In this document: in pieces, positions 25,087-27,702 of the stretch
Layout: every line of letters starts with the position of its first letter
How positions within the stretch are numbered: the stretch's first letter is position 1
Origin: Pseudomonadota bacterium
GTDB lineage: Archaea > Thermoplasmatota > SW-10-69-26 > JACQPN01 > JAJPHT01
Direction: 5' to 3'
Length of the DNA stretch: 27,702 nucleotides
Assembly (NCBI GenBank): GCA_021325135.1
Contig: JAJPHT010000048.1
Location: forward strand, 1 to 27,702
Translations under genes and position numbers: made by a program
Notes under the pieces: generated by a model
Told to the model about the DNA's origin: nothing
The model's database searches: none
The model's input: only the letters and a program-made list of their open reading frames with translations

Positions 25087-25886
25087 GGGGCTCCCCCCTT
25101 GCGGCCGGTGACCACGAGATGCCCCGCGTGGCCCGAGAGCGAGAGGTCGGCGCTCAGGCGCGACTCCAGCGCGAGAAGCTCGCCCCACGCGACGGGGTCG
25201 CGGCCCATGTGCTCCAGCGCCGCGGGCGGGAGGAAGTGCGCGAAGAGGACCTTGCCTCCCACGCGGACGTCCTGCGCGCCGGCCTCGACGAAGAGGTCGC
25301 GCAATTCGTCGGGCGCGAAGGCGTGGACGCCCATGCCGTAGGGGTCGAGCCCCTTGCCGTGAGCGGCGGCCGCGAAGCCCTCCGCGACGCGCCCCTGGGC
25401 GAGGAAGCCCAGCGTCGCGATCCAGCGGTTGTCCACGCTGACGTAGAACGCGCCGCCGGGGCGCAGCACGCGCAGGATCTCCCGCGCCGCCGCCGCGCGC
25501 TGGGGGCCCGCGTAGGAGAGGGCGTCCCCCTCGCAGAACACGAGGTCGAAGGAGCCCTCGCGCAGCGAGAGGCGCTCGACGACCCCTTGCAGGAAGCGCG
25601 CCTTCCCCGAGAGGCCGCGCTGCGCGACCTTCGCCCGCGCGACGTCCAGCATGCCCGGCGAGGGGTCCAGCAGCGTGACGCGATCGCCGCGCCCCAGGAA
25701 GGCCAGCGCGTAGGTGCCCGAGCCCGCGCCCGCGTCGAGGACCGCGCCCCCGGGGGGCGGAAGGAGAGGGGCCACGCCCTGGAGCGTGACGTGCTCGTGG
25801 ACGCGCCAGACGGGGCCGCTGTTCTGGGCGTCGTACGCCGCCGCGACCTTGTCATACGTCTGGATCGTCTGGCCTCCGTCGCTCAC
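25083..25886 (-). CDS. class I SAM-dependent methyltransferase
   Basis: VLDAGAGSG, LDPSPGML, SFDLV, RVLRPGG. Start GTG 25886 or ATG 25925. Confidence 0.92.
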   Translation of the reverse strand: MSDGGQTIQTYDKVAAAYDAQNSGPVWRVHEHVTLQGVAPLLPPPGGAVLDAGAGSGTYALAFLGRGDRVTLLDPSPGMLDVARAKVAQRGLSGKARFLQGVVERLSLREGSFDLVFCEGDALSYAGPQRAAAAREILRVLRPGGAFYVSVDNRWIATLGFLAQGRVAEGFAAAAHGKGLDPYGMGVHAFAPDELRDLFVEAGAQDVRVGGKVLFAHFLPPAALEHMGRDPVAWGELLALESRLSADLSLSGHAGHLVVTGRKGGAP

Positions 25887-25963
25887 GCGTCCGCATGGCG
25901 CGCTCCCGTCATGGGGTTTTCTCATGACCCAACATTCTTCATGCTCCCGCGAGATGCGCGTGC

Positions 25964-26770
25964 GTGGCCCCTCTCCCGCGTCTCGGCGTCGGCCTCGGCT
26001 ACCGCGCGCCGCTTCGCGCCGACATCCTGCGCCACGTCAAGGACCTCGACTTCCTGGAGGTCATCGCGGACGCCTTCTTCCGGGAGGAGCCCATGCTGCG
26101 CGCGCTCCGAAGCATGACGCCCTGCGTGCCCCACGCGCTGGCGCTCTCCGTGGGCTCCGAGGTGCGCCTGGATTACCTGGAGCGCGTCGCCCGCGTCGTC
26201 GAGGTGACCGACCCTCCGTGGTTCACGGACCACCTGGCGTTCACGCAGGAGGGGGACGTGCCCATCGGCCACCTCGCCCCGGTCCCCCACACCGAGGAGA
26301 GCCTGCGCGTCGTGGTGGACAACGTCCGCAAGGTGATGCGCCGCATCCAGCGCCCCTTCGGCTTGGAGAACATCACGATGCCCTTCTACTGGCCCGGCAG
26401 CACCCTGGACGAGGCCACCTTCCTCCAGGAGGTGGTGAAGCAGACGGGGTGCCTGCTCCTCCTGGACCTGGAGAACGTGCGCGTGAACGCGGAGAACCAC
26501 GGCCGCGTCGCGCGCGACTTCCTGGACCGCCTCCCCCTGGAGCGCGTCGTGCAGGTGCACCTGGCGGGCGGCGTCCACGCGGAGGGTCTCCACCACGACA
26601 CGCACAGCGCGCCGGTGAGCCAGGAGACGTGGGACCTGCTGGAGTACCTCTGCGACGTGGCACCCCCCGCCGGCGTCCTCATCGAGCGCGACGCGGGCTT
26701 CCCCCCCTTCGCGGACCTGCTGGGAGAGGTGCGCCACGCGCGGAGCATCCTGGAGGGCGCCGCCGCGTGA
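25964..26770 (+). CDS. DUF692-family multinuclear non-heme iron oxidase (MNIO; MbnB/TglH/ChrH family)
   Basis: GVGLGYR, DFLEV, PHALALSVG, WFTDHLAF, GLENI, LLLDLEN, VHLAGG, DTHSAPV, LIERD. The metal-ligand motifs appear intact. Confidence 0.95.
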   Translation: MAPLPRLGVGLGYRAPLRADILRHVKDLDFLEVIADAFFREEPMLRALRSMTPCVPHALALSVGSEVRLDYLERVARVVEVTDPPWFTDHLAFTQEGDVPIGHLAPVPHTEESLRVVVDNVRKVMRRIQRPFGLENITMPFYWPGSTLDEATFLQEVVKQTGCLLLLDLENVRVNAENHGRVARDFLDRLPLERVVQVHLAGGVHAEGLHHDTHSAPVSQETWDLLEYLCDVAPPAGVLIERDAGFPPFADLLGEVRHARSILEGAAA

Positions 26771-27549
26771 GCCTGCCCGCGATGCGCCTCGCCGTCGCGC
26801 GCCTCCTCACCGATCCCGCGTACCAGGCGCGCTTCTTCGCGGCGCGGGAGGAGGCCGCCGCGGAGTTCGGCCTCACCCGGGAGGAGTTCGCGGCGCTGCG
26901 CACGCTGGACCGCCGCAAGCTCGCCATCACCACCGAAGGCTTCGCGGGCAAGCGCCTGGAGCCCCTCAACGAGTCGTTCCCCCTCACCCTGGCGGCCATG
27001 GGGGCGCACGATCCCGACGCCGCGCGCCGCTACCTCGCCTCCACGCCGCACCCTGCCAATCTGGAGATGGAGGCGGCGTCCCTGGGCTCGTACCTCGCGC
27101 ACGCCGAGGTGGGGCCGCCCCACGTGCGCCGTTACCTCCTGGACCTGCGCGACGCGGAGTGGGCCCTCGCCCGCGCGCCGCGCCCCCGGGGCCTGGCGAG
27201 CTATCGATTCGTCCCCGACGCGCTGCGCCCGCGCCGCACGCCCTTCGTTCCCGTGGTGGACCTGCGCGGCGCGCTGGGCTCGCCCGCCCTCGCCTCGGGT
27301 CCGATGATCCTTCCTCGCGAGTACCCCGAGGCGCCGCAGCGCGCGCTGGTGGTGCGCCTCCCCGGGGGAATCGCCACCGAGCTCCTCACCCCGGAGCGCG
27401 AGGCGCTCCTCGCGGCGTGCGACGGCGTCCGCACGCTGCGCGACCTCGCAGCGCAGTTCGGCCCCTCCGCGGAAGCGGCCGTCGCGGCGTGGCTGCGCAC
27501 GCGCGCGGTCGACGACGCTTCAGCCATCATCGGCAGCATATCGTCTTGA
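26767..27549 (+). CDS. MNIO partner protein (DUF2063-like role) with a C-terminal RRE-like winged helix
   Basis: GTGA overlap with the DUF692 stop, LLTDPAYQARF, FPLT, DLRDAEWA, C-terminal LLAACDGVRTLRDLA. Confidence 0.8.
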   Translation: MSLPAMRLAVARLLTDPAYQARFFAAREEAAAEFGLTREEFAALRTLDRRKLAITTEGFAGKRLEPLNESFPLTLAAMGAHDPDAARRYLASTPHPANLEMEAASLGSYLAHAEVGPPHVRRYLLDLRDAEWALARAPRPRGLASYRFVPDALRPRRTPFVPVVDLRGALGSPALASGPMILPREYPEAPQRALVVRLPGGIATELLTPEREALLAACDGVRTLRDLAAQFGPSAEAAVAAWLRTRAVDDASAIIGSISS

Positions 27550-27604
27550 GCCGCGCCCGGGCTCTGGGGGTCGCCGGGCCCTCGCGGCCTGGCGACGTGA
27601 GACC

Positions 27605-27702
27605 ATGACGTACTCCAAGCCCCTCTTCGCCCCCGTGACCAACGACCGCGAGTCCGCCGGCTGCTGCTTCTACTACAACAACGCCGGCCAGGGCTTCTAC
27701 TA
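27605..27702 (+). CDS. putative RiPP precursor peptide (partial, runs off the window)
   Basis: ATG 27605 gives MTYSKPLFAPVTNDRESAGCCFYYNNAGQGFY.., with G/C in every third codon position. YxxP leader motif, Cys-Cys/aromatic core, directly downstream of the MNIO pair. Absent from the supplied ORF track. Confidence 0.75.
   Translation, partial: MTYSKPLFAPVTNDRESAGCCFYYNNAGQGFY

Noticed and set aside
27605-27702. Calling the precursor a lasso peptide
   Set aside because: YxxP is present, but no lasso cyclase or B2 peptidase is in the window and the visible core after SAG has no ring-forming Asp/Glu

Overview
Very GC-rich archaeal chromosomal segment, probably Thermoplasmatota-like (inference). 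Archaeal markers are rpl18a-pfdA-ftsY, pantoate kinase next to coaBC, rtcA and a DUF1947/PUA protein. The left third is mostly housekeeping genes plus lipoproteins. The middle holds two apparent signalling modules, each flanked by small secreted Cys-rich proteins. Module (i) is a membrane-tethered sensor with a double wHTH, next to two paralogues sharing a duplicated promoter motif and a 9-repeat Cys-solenoid protein. Module (ii) is a polytopic membrane Ser/Thr kinase plus an ArsR-like HTH-FHA regulator, with three copies of the palindrome GCAGGG-W4-CCCTGC each 6 nt from a TATA-like box upstream of a Cys-rich secreted gene. The right end is a RiPP-type gene cluster: a DUF692/MNIO oxidase, its partner protein, a divergent SAM methyltransferase, a PqqD/RRE and an MFS exporter. 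It also contains an unannotated precursor-like ORF (MTYSKP...AGCCFYYNNAGQGFY) cut by the window edge. No tRNA, rRNA, CRISPR array or transposase was recognised. All family calls are by motif recognition; no database searches were run.
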